Below, in pieces: positions 25,958-32,689 of a stretch of DNA of 40,000 nucleotides; the first letter of the stretch is position 1; every line of letters begins with the position of its first letter. The DNA is taken from NCBI GenBank assembly GCA_963729055.1, contig CAVSMQ010000005.1:89636-129635 (forward strand), in the 5' to 3' direction. The position numbers and the translations under genes were made by a program. Source of the DNA: an uncultured Actinomycetes bacterium. GTDB taxonomy: Bacteria > Actinomycetota > Thermoleophilia > Solirubrobacterales > 70-9. Under the pieces are notes generated by a model that had not been told where the DNA came from, made no database searches, and was given only the letters and a program-made list of their open reading frames with translations.

Positions 25958-26452
25958 ATGACAGGCAAGCTGAAGCTCGGCAATAGAGGGATCTCTGATC
26001 TCCTCGGCATCTATGTCCAAGTACTCGAGGAGCTCCGCGAGCGCGAAGTGATCCGTAGCGCCAACGCACCCACCGGCGACTACGCGGAGTGGTTGGTACA
26101 GCGGGCGCTCGGCGGCGACTTGCAGCCGAATTCCAACAAGAGCGCCGACCTGATCGTCCGCATGGAGAGGATTGAGATCAAGTCCAGGGTTCTCAGCGAT
26201 CCCGAGAAGTCAGGTGAGCGGCAGCTTTCACCATTTCGCTCCTGGAATTTCGACTGCGCCGTCATCGTCCTCTTTGATCGTCGTTACGACGTCCGGCGGG
26301 CAACCCGGATCAAGGTCTCGGAGCTTAAAGCGGCATCCCGGGAAGACGAATGGGTTTCCGGGAAACGGGTGATCGCACGTGAGGCACTGCTCGATCGCGG
26401 CCTCGATATCACCAAGAAGGTGCGGGAGGCGGCCGCACGGCAAGACGACTGA
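25958..26452 (+). CDS. small PD-(D/E)xK-like (restriction-endonuclease-fold) protein, function unknown
   Basis: 'GDYAEWLVQRALGG...KSADLIVRMERIEIKSR' gives a D...ExK arrangement. Divergent from the Dpd-like operon. Confidence 0.55.
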   Translation: MTGKLKLGNRGISDLLGIYVQVLEELREREVIRSANAPTGDYAEWLVQRALGGDLQPNSNKSADLIVRMERIEIKSRVLSDPEKSGERQLSPFRSWNFDCAVIVLFDRRYDVRRATRIKVSELKAASREDEWVSGKRVIAREALLDRGLDITKKVREAAARQDD

Positions 26453-26531
26453 ACCGAGGCGAGGGAAGAAGCCAGCCTTCGCCTAGCGGGACTAGGCAGG
26501 GGGCGTCGGGGTCGAGCGCTACTTTCGGAGA

Positions 26532-27569
26532 ATGGCGACTGTCATGAAACAGACCGAAGCTAAGGGCCTCACTACGCCCGCGCTGGCTGTCGCCCTCGGG
26601 GTGAACGAAAGCCCAAGCCTCGCCGGCCATGTCGACTGGACTCAGGTCGGCCGGATCTCAGCTCAGACCTCTCTCCGGGCGGCCGGCTTCCAGCGCGCGG
26701 CCTGGGACGATGACCATTTCTGGAACCTCCAGGACGATGCAGCTCTGCGATCGCAATTCTTCGCCATAGGCAACAGCGTCAACTTCCGCTTCTGGAGCCT
26801 GAAAGCGGGGCAGATGCGACCGGCTGGGGGAAAGCTCGACGGGTCCGAGTACCAGGGCGCAATGTACATGTGGAGAGCGCTGCGGCGCGCACTTGACCAA
26901 ACCGGAGGGGACCTGCTCGAGGCGGACTTCCTCGCCGGGCTGGCAGACGCCGACTTCGACCGCATCTTCACCGACGACGACGGCTGGAACCCGCTCGCCC
27001 CTGGGCGCGACGAGCGCATCGCCAACCTCAGGGACCTCGGGGAGCACCTACGGGCCCGCTGGAACGGCGCGTTCTTCAACCTGGTCGAGTCCACGGAAGG
27101 CTCGCTGGTCAAGTTCGCCCACCTCGCGAGCGGCATCCGGGCGTTCGACGATCCAATCTGGAAGCTGACGATGCTTACGGCGATCCTCCACTCGGGCAGT
27201 GGCATCTACCGGTTTGAGGATGAGCCCCTTCCGGCCATCGACTATCACCTGCTCAAGCAGGCGCTGCGGCAGGGCATGGTGCAACCGAGCCCGAACCTAG
27301 CGCAGGAGATCGCCGCCAGCCACATGCTCCGCCCCGAGGATGCACTCGAGTTGCGCCGACTGGCGCTGATCGCCTTCGTCGGCGTCTCCGAGCGGACCGG
27401 ATTGAGCGGCGAGATACTCGACAACAGATACTGGCTCAACCGCGTCAACTGCACCGATCCGGATCCGGTCTGCCTCGACCCCGCAACCGCCGTTCGCTGC
27501 CCCTTCCATGGTGCGTGTAGCCAATTCACTCAATTCGAACGGCCGCTTGAGCTCACCCGTTACTACTAA
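26532..27569 (+). CDS. Qng1/DUF2419-like (queuosine-salvage N-glycosidase family) protein with an extra C-terminal Cys4 insert
   Basis: From memory of human QNG1 (C9orf64): 'NSVNFRFWS' vs 'LNFSFWS', 'YQGAMYMWRALRRALDQ', 'WKLTMLTAIL' vs 'YKRAQILVAD', 'LPAIDYHLLKQALRQGMV' vs 'FADYRLPQVLAHLGAL', 'ILDNRYWLN', terminal '..RYY' vs '..IYY'. Insert 'CTDPDPVCLDPATAVRCPFHGAC'. Confidence 0.7.
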   Translation: MATVMKQTEAKGLTTPALAVALGVNESPSLAGHVDWTQVGRISAQTSLRAAGFQRAAWDDDHFWNLQDDAALRSQFFAIGNSVNFRFWSLKAGQMRPAGGKLDGSEYQGAMYMWRALRRALDQTGGDLLEADFLAGLADADFDRIFTDDDGWNPLAPGRDERIANLRDLGEHLRARWNGAFFNLVESTEGSLVKFAHLASGIRAFDDPIWKLTMLTAILHSGSGIYRFEDEPLPAIDYHLLKQALRQGMVQPSPNLAQEIAASHMLRPEDALELRRLALIAFVGVSERTGLSGEILDNRYWLNRVNCTDPDPVCLDPATAVRCPFHGACSQFTQFERPLELTRYY

Positions 27570-28549
27570 CGCTCGAAGGCCGCCAGAACGTTGATGTCGG
27601 GCTCGGCCTTCAGCCTGCCGACTATGCGCAAGCCGTGCCTGTTCCCGCGCGCCAGCAACTGGTAACCGAAAGTTCCAGTGTCGTACTGACCGCGACCCGC
27701 CAGGTGGAGATGAACGAACTCCCCCAAGAGCGGGATCCGATATGCGATCCATGAGACCTTGCCGTTGTTCACCGCCTCCTCGACCACCTCAAGGGCGATC
27801 TGCCGATCGTAGTGGTCGGCGAACCAGTTCCAGTAGTCGTACCGGGCTTGCGTTGAGGCGGGGTCGGGCCCACTCTGGTATTTCGGCTGGGTTGGCGTAC
27901 CGTCCTTTGCTTCGAGGCGTTCGGCGAACGTCTTGTAGATCGTGACCACGTTGCCCGTTCCGTCCACCTCGAGGGCCGCCGGGATGAACTTCGTGTTCGG
28001 TGGCACCTCGAGCATAATCATCGCCCGAGGAATGCTGCGCGGGTAATCGGGGGCGGCAAGGTCGATCTCTTTGCCCCCAGCGTCGACACAGCGCTCGCCG
28101 GTGACGAATAGCAGGCGGGAGCGCAGCGAAGGCTCGGTCGCGTAGCGCAGCACGAGGCCAAGAAGGCGGCGATAGGGGTTGGCAACCCGGTCCCAATTCG
28201 ACCCCGACGCTTCGCCGCTCCCGCGCTCGTGGCCGACGTTAGCCCCTGCATCGACGAGCGGGGAGAACACTGCTCCGACCGTAAGCTCGGCACCGATCTT
28301 CGTGTTGGCAGAGAACGAGCGGTCGAAGCTCCTCCCGATCTCCTCGTAGTCGGGCTGGAGGACCGCGTCGTAGAAGGCGTCCACCTGTTTGTCGTCGATG
28401 AAGAGCGGGGCGTCGGCGAGCCAGAGCAACTCCTCCGGGAGCTGTTTCGTCGCGCTGGCGCTACCGTCGACAATAACCTCCCCCTTGGGCCGGGCCCGCT
28501 TCGCCTTCCTCTGGTTCCAGCGCTGCTTCAGTCGCTCGAGCCGACCCAT
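27566..28549 (-). CDS. 327-aa hypothetical protein (no family recognised)
   Basis: Long ORF with coding-like composition. Convergent with the Qng1-like gene, with a 4-nt overlap. Confidence 0.65.
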   Translation of the reverse strand: MGRLERLKQRWNQRKAKRARPKGEVIVDGSASATKQLPEELLWLADAPLFIDDKQVDAFYDAVLQPDYEEIGRSFDRSFSANTKIGAELTVGAVFSPLVDAGANVGHERGSGEASGSNWDRVANPYRRLLGLVLRYATEPSLRSRLLFVTGERCVDAGGKEIDLAAPDYPRSIPRAMIMLEVPPNTKFIPAALEVDGTGNVVTIYKTFAERLEAKDGTPTQPKYQSGPDPASTQARYDYWNWFADHYDRQIALEVVEEAVNNGKVSWIAYRIPLLGEFVHLHLAGRGQYDTGTFGYQLLARGNRHGLRIVGRLKAEPDINVLAAFER

Positions 28550-28639
28550 GCCCTACCCCCGTTTCCGTCGTCCCGCAGTTAGCGCATTATCTTCCTTGAC
28601 GCGCGGGCCTTGGGCAACTCGGATTTGGCGTTTACATCC

Positions 28640-28830
28640 GAGAGGCTTCTATCGAACCATTTGGAGACCCGTCCAGGAGCAACGGCGACGGACATCAGAA
28701 CCCACGTGTTCCACAGCCACATCACGCTGCTACGTCATCAGGGCATCGACGACAGCGGCCTCGCGGAGATCGTCGGTCACGGGTAGCCACGAAGCTCGCT
28801 CGATACGCCCATCCAGTGGGACGAGCTTCA
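28640..28830 (+). pseudogene. C-terminal remnant of a tyrosine recombinase
   Basis: 'DIRTHVFHSHITLLRHQGIDDSGLAEIVGHG*' then, shifted, 'SHEARSI' / 'RYAHPV'. This parallels 'DIRPHECRHSYVTNL...VVGHG...LAHYTH' of the integrase at 37.2 kb. It has an internal stop and has lost the box II Arg. Confidence 0.4.
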
Positions 28831-28907
28831 ACGACGTCCGCCGGGCTATTGGCTGAGGAGCCGTGCTTGGGACCGGGCAGTTGTAATCGGGCCCGTCGGC
28901 TCCGGCC

Positions 28908-28932
28908 TCAAAAGGGACCGTCAAAGGGACCG
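28908..28932 (+). repeat. tandem direct repeat TCAAA(A)GGGACCG x2 (a third GGGACCG at 28869-28875)
   Basis: Read directly, between the integrase remnant and the tRNA fragment. Confidence 0.5.
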
Positions 28933-29052
28933 AAATCCTCCGCGAACTGCCCTTCTCTGCTTTTCGCTGCACTCAGTTGATACCACCGCGCGAGGCGGTG
29001 TCAGTGCCCGCAATAGAGCCAAATTTGGCGCTGCCGTTAGAGAAGAGAGGAA

Positions 29053-29099
29053 TGCGCCCGACCGGATTCGAACCGGCGACCTTCGGCTTGAAAGGCCGA
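29053..29099 (-). other. 3' portion of a tRNA-Glu(UUC)-like gene (anticodon arm to discriminator); not a complete tRNA; probable att-site remnant
   Basis: Minus strand reads TCGGC-CTTTCAA-GCCGA / AGGTC / GCCGG-TTCGAAT-CCGGT / CGGGCGC-A. The 22 nt upstream cannot form a D-arm. A 6-bp hairpin (CACCGC gcgag GCGGTG, 28984-29000) lies downstream in tRNA orientation. Confidence 0.6.
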
Positions 29100-29152
29100 G
29101 GGTCTTTGGCTTGGGAGGCGCGTTTGCCGAGGCGATGTGACTGAGATGAGAC
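29088..29152 (+). repeat. copy A of the island repeat family (core TTGAAAGGCCG + arm with GATGTGACtgaGATGAGAC)
   Basis: Core at 29088-29098 (the anticodon loop/stem of the tRNA fragment). 8-mers at 29134-29141 and 29145-29152, 46 nt from the core as in copy B. 'GGCTTGGGAGG' is shared with B. Confidence 0.7.
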
Positions 29153-29172
29153 CCGCAGGAGCGGGCAGCCGC

Positions 29173-29400
29173 TCAGTGCGTCGCGAGTTCGGGCTTGAGG
29201 ACTCTGGTGCTGCCGTCAGCTGAGACGAGGACGACCGAGAGTCCTTCGTCGGCGGCGCGCTCGATGTCATGGCCGGCCGATGGCGTGTCGGCGTCGATGA
29301 ACGCAGCGCGCTCGGGATAGGGCGAGCGGCCTTCGATCGCAAGATCGATCGCTTCGTCCATCACCTTGGCGGCGGGAGAGCGATTGCTGTCAGCGGTCAT
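29173..29400 (-). CDS. 75-aa hypothetical protein (second gene of a coupled two-gene pair)
   Basis: ATGA overlap with the upstream 103-aa gene. Acidic small protein. Start could be 29412. Confidence 0.5.
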   Translation of the reverse strand: MTADSNRSPAAKVMDEAIDLAIEGRSPYPERAAFIDADTPSAGHDIERAADEGLSVVLVSADGSTRVLKPELATH

Positions 29401-29708
29401 TGCCTTTCCCATCCTTCGATCATCTCGCGGTATCCGCGCTCGACCTCGGAGATCGCGGCGCGCATTCCTTCTCCAAGGGTACCGCCATGGAAAGCGGTTC
29501 CCGGCCCCTTGCCCGTGTTGCGCGTGTATCGGTGCATCTCGTTGTGGCCGTGGGCGGCGTCATAGACGCGAATCGTCTCCATTCCGTTTTCGGTTTCGAG
29601 CAGCAGAACCACCGCGTAGTCGATGACATTGCTGCCCTGCGTGGTGAACTGAACGCGCAATAGAGCTCCCAGGGAGTGGTCGAGAATCCGGCGGTAGCTG
29701 GCGCCCAT
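29397..29708 (-). CDS. 103-aa hypothetical protein (first gene of the pair; His-rich 'VYDAAHGHNEMHRY' motif)
   Basis: ORF 29397..29753, start set at the ATG at 29708. The motif is loosely reminiscent of small TA-type toxins, but no family is assigned. Confidence 0.55.
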   Translation of the reverse strand: MGASYRRILDHSLGALLRVQFTTQGSNVIDYAVVLLLETENGMETIRVYDAAHGHNEMHRYTRNTGKGPGTAFHGGTLGEGMRAAISEVERGYREMIEGWERQ

Positions 29709-29755
29709 GTCCGAGACGATAGATCCATGACCGGCGAGATGTTTTGTCTGCAAAG

Positions 29756-30181
29756 ATGAGCGCCATGGACAAGGCGCCGCGCGTGAGACTCAGTGGGGAC
29801 GAGGAAGGCGACTACGTCGTCCTGCAGCGGCGTCCCGGCGGCGTTCTGCGGATTGCCCCCGAGCGATCGGGCCGGCTACCGGAAGTGGTCACGCTGAAGA
29901 AAACCTCCATCGCGTGTCCGTCCCAGTGGGAGGGCACCCTCGAGGACGGGCGGGTCGTCTATGCCCGCTACCGCCACGGCGAACTGAGCGTCGGCGTCGG
30001 CGATGCCATCGAGGCGGCGGTCCGGAACTCGACATCGAATCAAGCCCTCCATGCAGACCATGTCGGTGACGGACTCGATGGGTTCATGGACTTCGACGAG
30101 CTGAAGATCCACCTTCACGGGCTGTTGGAGTTTCCGGCCGACCTCATCGTTGAGAACGAGTGGCCGCCGGATCAGCACTAA
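29756..30181 (+). CDS. hypothetical protein (~141 aa)
   Basis: ORF 29744..30181, first ATG at 29756. 'CPSQWEGTLEDGRVVYARYRHGELSVGVG'. Divergent from the 103-aa gene. Confidence 0.55.
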   Translation: MSAMDKAPRVRLSGDEEGDYVVLQRRPGGVLRIAPERSGRLPEVVTLKKTSIACPSQWEGTLEDGRVVYARYRHGELSVGVGDAIEAAVRNSTSNQALHADHVGDGLDGFMDFDELKIHLHGLLEFPADLIVENEWPPDQH

Positions 30182-30217
30182 CCGCCGAGCCGCCCAACAG
30201 AGCCATTCTCGGTCAGA

Positions 30218-30282
30218 TTGAAAGGACGTTGGGCGTTGGCTTGGGGAGCGGGACCGCGGCGGCGATGTGACCGGGATGAGAC
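30218..30282 (+). repeat. copy B of the island repeat family
   Basis: 'ATTGAAAGGACG' at 30217-30228, 'GGCTTGGGGAG', 'GATGTGACcggGATGAGAC' at 30264-30282. Lies between the stops of 29756..30181 and the RelE-like gene. Confidence 0.7.
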
Positions 30283-30297
30283 TCCCGCCGCAACGCG

Positions 30298-30558
30298 TCA
30301 GCGATCGTAGGCCCGACCGCGAGGCAAGACACGCAGGACGACGATCACCTGTTTCTCGTCGTCGAAGGTGAAGCGAATACGCCAGTCGCCAACCCGCAAG
30401 CGCCACTGGGCCGAATCGAGCTTACGAATGTCTCCCATACGAGGAGCGACGACGAACCTGTCGAGCGCATCCAGAATGCGGCGCTGCACCGGTCGATCGA
30501 GTCGCTTCAAGTCACGCCACGCCCGCGGCATGATTCGAAGAGACCAGCTCGGTGTCAA
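30298..30558 (-). CDS. RelE/ParE-family type II toxin
   Basis: 'WSLRIMPRAWRDLKRLDRPVQRRILDALDRF...DIRKL...WRLRVGDWRIRFTFDDEKQVIVVLRVLPRGRAY'. TTG start overlapping the antitoxin stop. Confidence 0.85.
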   Translation of the reverse strand: MTPSWSLRIMPRAWRDLKRLDRPVQRRILDALDRFVVAPRMGDIRKLDSAQWRLRVGDWRIRFTFDDEKQVIVVLRVLPRGRAYDR

Positions 30559-30800
30559 TCGAGATCGAGCTCGGAGCGCAACTCGTCGGTGGACATACCT
30601 TCGCCGCGTCGATAGGCATCCAGCGCCTCAGCCGCGCTGGCATCCTCGTCTGCGTTGGAAGGCTCGTCATCAAGCGGAGCAGCCGCAAGGGCATGCAGCA
30701 TCGGGTCGTCGCGGCGTCGCTCGACGATCACCAACGCGGCCTCAGCCTCCTGGTCGGACAGCTCATCGACCAGCTTGTGGAGTCGCTCCTTCGTGGTCAT
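30555..30800 (-). CDS. cognate antitoxin (81 aa, acidic)
   Basis: Start set at 'MTTKERLHKLVDELSDQEAEAALVIVE'. Position and 4-nt overlap with the toxin. The upstream part of ORF 30555..31046 is rejected. Confidence 0.7.
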   Translation of the reverse strand: MTTKERLHKLVDELSDQEAEAALVIVERRRDDPMLHALAAAPLDDEPSNADEDASAAEALDAYRRGEGMSTDELRSELDLD

Positions 30801-30903
30801 GCGCTCATGGTAATGCCGACCAGCGATTAGCTCCTCAAAGCCGTTCAGACCGGGTACGCTGCTCCCCTTTATTCGGTCTTTTTCAAGTGGGGGAGGCTCG
30901 GCG

Positions 30904-32505
30904 ATGGGATTCCTTGCCGAAATGCAGCGGGAAGCGGAGCGGCGCCGGAAAGCGGAAGAACGAGAGCAGCGGCGCGCCCAGCGCGAATATGAAAAATCCC
31001 TGCGAGAGGCTGAACGACAGGCGGCTCGCGACGAGAAGGAACGCAAGAAGCTTTATGCCGAGAGCCGCCTGCGGGAGACGGAGAATCTCAATTCAGCGGT
31101 CGAAAGGAGCATCGACAAACTTGAATCGCTCCTTTCCGCGACTCTCCGCGTCGATGACTTCATCGACCTCAGTGCACTGAAGCAGACCTACGTCGAGCCG
31201 CCATTTGAGCCCGGCTCGCTCGCGCATCCGATTCCGAAGCCGGAGCCAGAGAATGTGCCCGCCCCAAGCACTCTCACTGCCCTGGTGCCTGGCACCAGAG
31301 CTAAGTATGAAGCGGCGATCCAGCAAGCCCAAGAAGCTCATGAGGCGGAGCTTGCCGATTGGCAGCAAGAAGAACAGCGGCGACAAGACGAACTCGGGCT
31401 CGCCCGTTCCGGCCATGAGGAGCGGGTGGCGAAAGAGCGGGAGGAGATCGAGAAAGCCAACGCTCAGATCGACGACTTCGACGCTCGGCTAGAGGCTGCC
31501 GAGCCCTCAGCCATCGTCGATTACCTCGGCATGGTCTTGGACCGCAGCCGCTACCCGGAAGAGTTTCCGAGCGGTCACAAGCTCGCCTACGTTCCTGAGA
31601 GCAAGCAAGTCGTGGTGGAGCACGACCTTCCAAGCTTTGACGTCATCCCGGAGGAGAAGGGATTCAAATACGTCAAATCGCGCGACGAGATCAGCGCGAC
31701 CCCAAGGCCGGAAAGCCAGCGTAAAGCTCTCTACGCAAAGGTCATCTCCGAGGTCTCACTCCGCACCGTGCATGAGCTGTTCGAGGCCGACCGTCGAAAT
31801 CACGTTGAGACGATCGTCTACAACGGAATGGTCGAAAGCATCGATAAGCGCACGGGAACCCCGGCACGAGTGTGCGTTGTGAGTCTTCGGACGACGCAAG
31901 ACGTTTTCGAGGAATTGAACCTGGATCATGTTGACCCGGAAGAGTGCCTCAAGGGACTGAATGCCGGCGTCTCGAAGAAGCCCGCCGAGTTGGCGCCCGT
32001 TCGGCCGGTGGTCGAATTCAAAATGGTTGACGACCGCTTCACGGACGAGACCGATGTCATCTCGGAACTCGATCAACGGCCAAACCTGATGCAGCTCACT
32101 CCGTCGGAGTTTGAGTCCCTGATAACCAACCTATTCGAAAAGATGGGCCTTGAGACCCGCCAAACGCGGCCCTCCCGGGACGGCGGGGTGGACTGCGTCG
32201 CCTGGGACGCCCGTCCGGTGATGGGCGGCAAGGTGGTCATTCAAGCGAAGCGCTACAAGAACACTGTCGGTGTCAGCGCCGTTCGCGACCTCTTCGGGAC
32301 GGTTCACAATGAGGGGGCCGGCAAGGGCATCCTCGTTACGACCAGTGGCTACGGAAAATCGTCCTTCCAATTCGCCGATGGCAAGCCACTAGAGCTGCTG
32401 GACGGCAACAACCTTCTCTATCTACTGCGAGAGCACGCCGGCATCGAAGCGAAAATCGAGCCTCCGGATGACTGGGTCGATCCGGAAGCAGCAGCGACTG
32501 CGTGA
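30904..32505 (+). CDS. restriction endonuclease with C-terminal Mrr-cat (PD-(D/E)xK) domain and long N-terminal coiled coil
   Basis: 'LTPSEFESLITNLFEKMGLETRQTRPSRDGGVDCVAWD...VVIQAKRYKNTVGVSAVRDLFGTVHNEGAGKGILVTTSGY'. RBS-like GGGGGAGG precedes the ATG. Confidence 0.85.
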   Translation: MGFLAEMQREAERRRKAEEREQRRAQREYEKSLREAERQAARDEKERKKLYAESRLRETENLNSAVERSIDKLESLLSATLRVDDFIDLSALKQTYVEPPFEPGSLAHPIPKPEPENVPAPSTLTALVPGTRAKYEAAIQQAQEAHEAELADWQQEEQRRQDELGLARSGHEERVAKEREEIEKANAQIDDFDARLEAAEPSAIVDYLGMVLDRSRYPEEFPSGHKLAYVPESKQVVVEHDLPSFDVIPEEKGFKYVKSRDEISATPRPESQRKALYAKVISEVSLRTVHELFEADRRNHVETIVYNGMVESIDKRTGTPARVCVVSLRTTQDVFEELNLDHVDPEECLKGLNAGVSKKPAELAPVRPVVEFKMVDDRFTDETDVISELDQRPNLMQLTPSEFESLITNLFEKMGLETRQTRPSRDGGVDCVAWDARPVMGGKVVIQAKRYKNTVGVSAVRDLFGTVHNEGAGKGILVTTSGYGKSSFQFADGKPLELLDGNNLLYLLREHAGIEAKIEPPDDWVDPEAAATA

Positions 32506-32551
32506 CTCAGGTGCCTAGCCCGATCGAGTCAACCAGTGGCGCCCGTTCAGC

Positions 32552-32614
32552 TTGAAAGGCCGGCGGTATCGGCGTCAAGAACGGAATCAGGTCGGCGATG
32601 AGACAGGAATGAGA
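32552..32614 (+). repeat. copy C of the island repeat family
   Basis: 'CTTGAAAGGCCG' at 32551-32562 and 'GATGAGACaggAATGAGAC' at 32596-32614. To the left, 'GGCGCCCGTTCAGC' looks like the tRNA 3' end with the T-arm deleted. Confidence 0.65.
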
Positions 32615-32689
32615 CGCATCGAACGAGCGCTAGATCGGCTTATACAAATCTCAAAGGCGTCCGGCTGATCGTTCATATTTTTACCTGAA

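Noticed and set aside
28389-28856. 155-aa plus-strand ORF and the 80-aa minus ORF 28730..28972
   Set aside because: The composition is not coding-like, and the region is better explained as the promoter of the 327-aa gene plus a decayed integrase C-terminus spread over two frames.
29053-29121. Possible complete 69-nt tRNA on the minus strand (5' 'GCGCCTC' can pair 6/7 with the 3' acceptor strand)
   Set aside because: The 15 nt between the putative acceptor and the anticodon stem cannot form a D-arm and lack the conserved GG. The same upstream block recurs in copies B and C, which have no tRNA 3' half. It is therefore element or arm sequence, not a tRNA 5' half.
29053-32614. Classical integron cassette array with attC sites
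   Set aside because: Cassettes here hold several genes in both orientations. I could not find the R''/L''-L'/R' (RYYYAAC...GTTRRRY) symmetry consistently. The GTTGGGC/CCGCAAC pair is in copy B only and in the wrong order. The nearby integrase remnants show no feature I can tie to IntI. Tandem tRNA-site accretion fits better.
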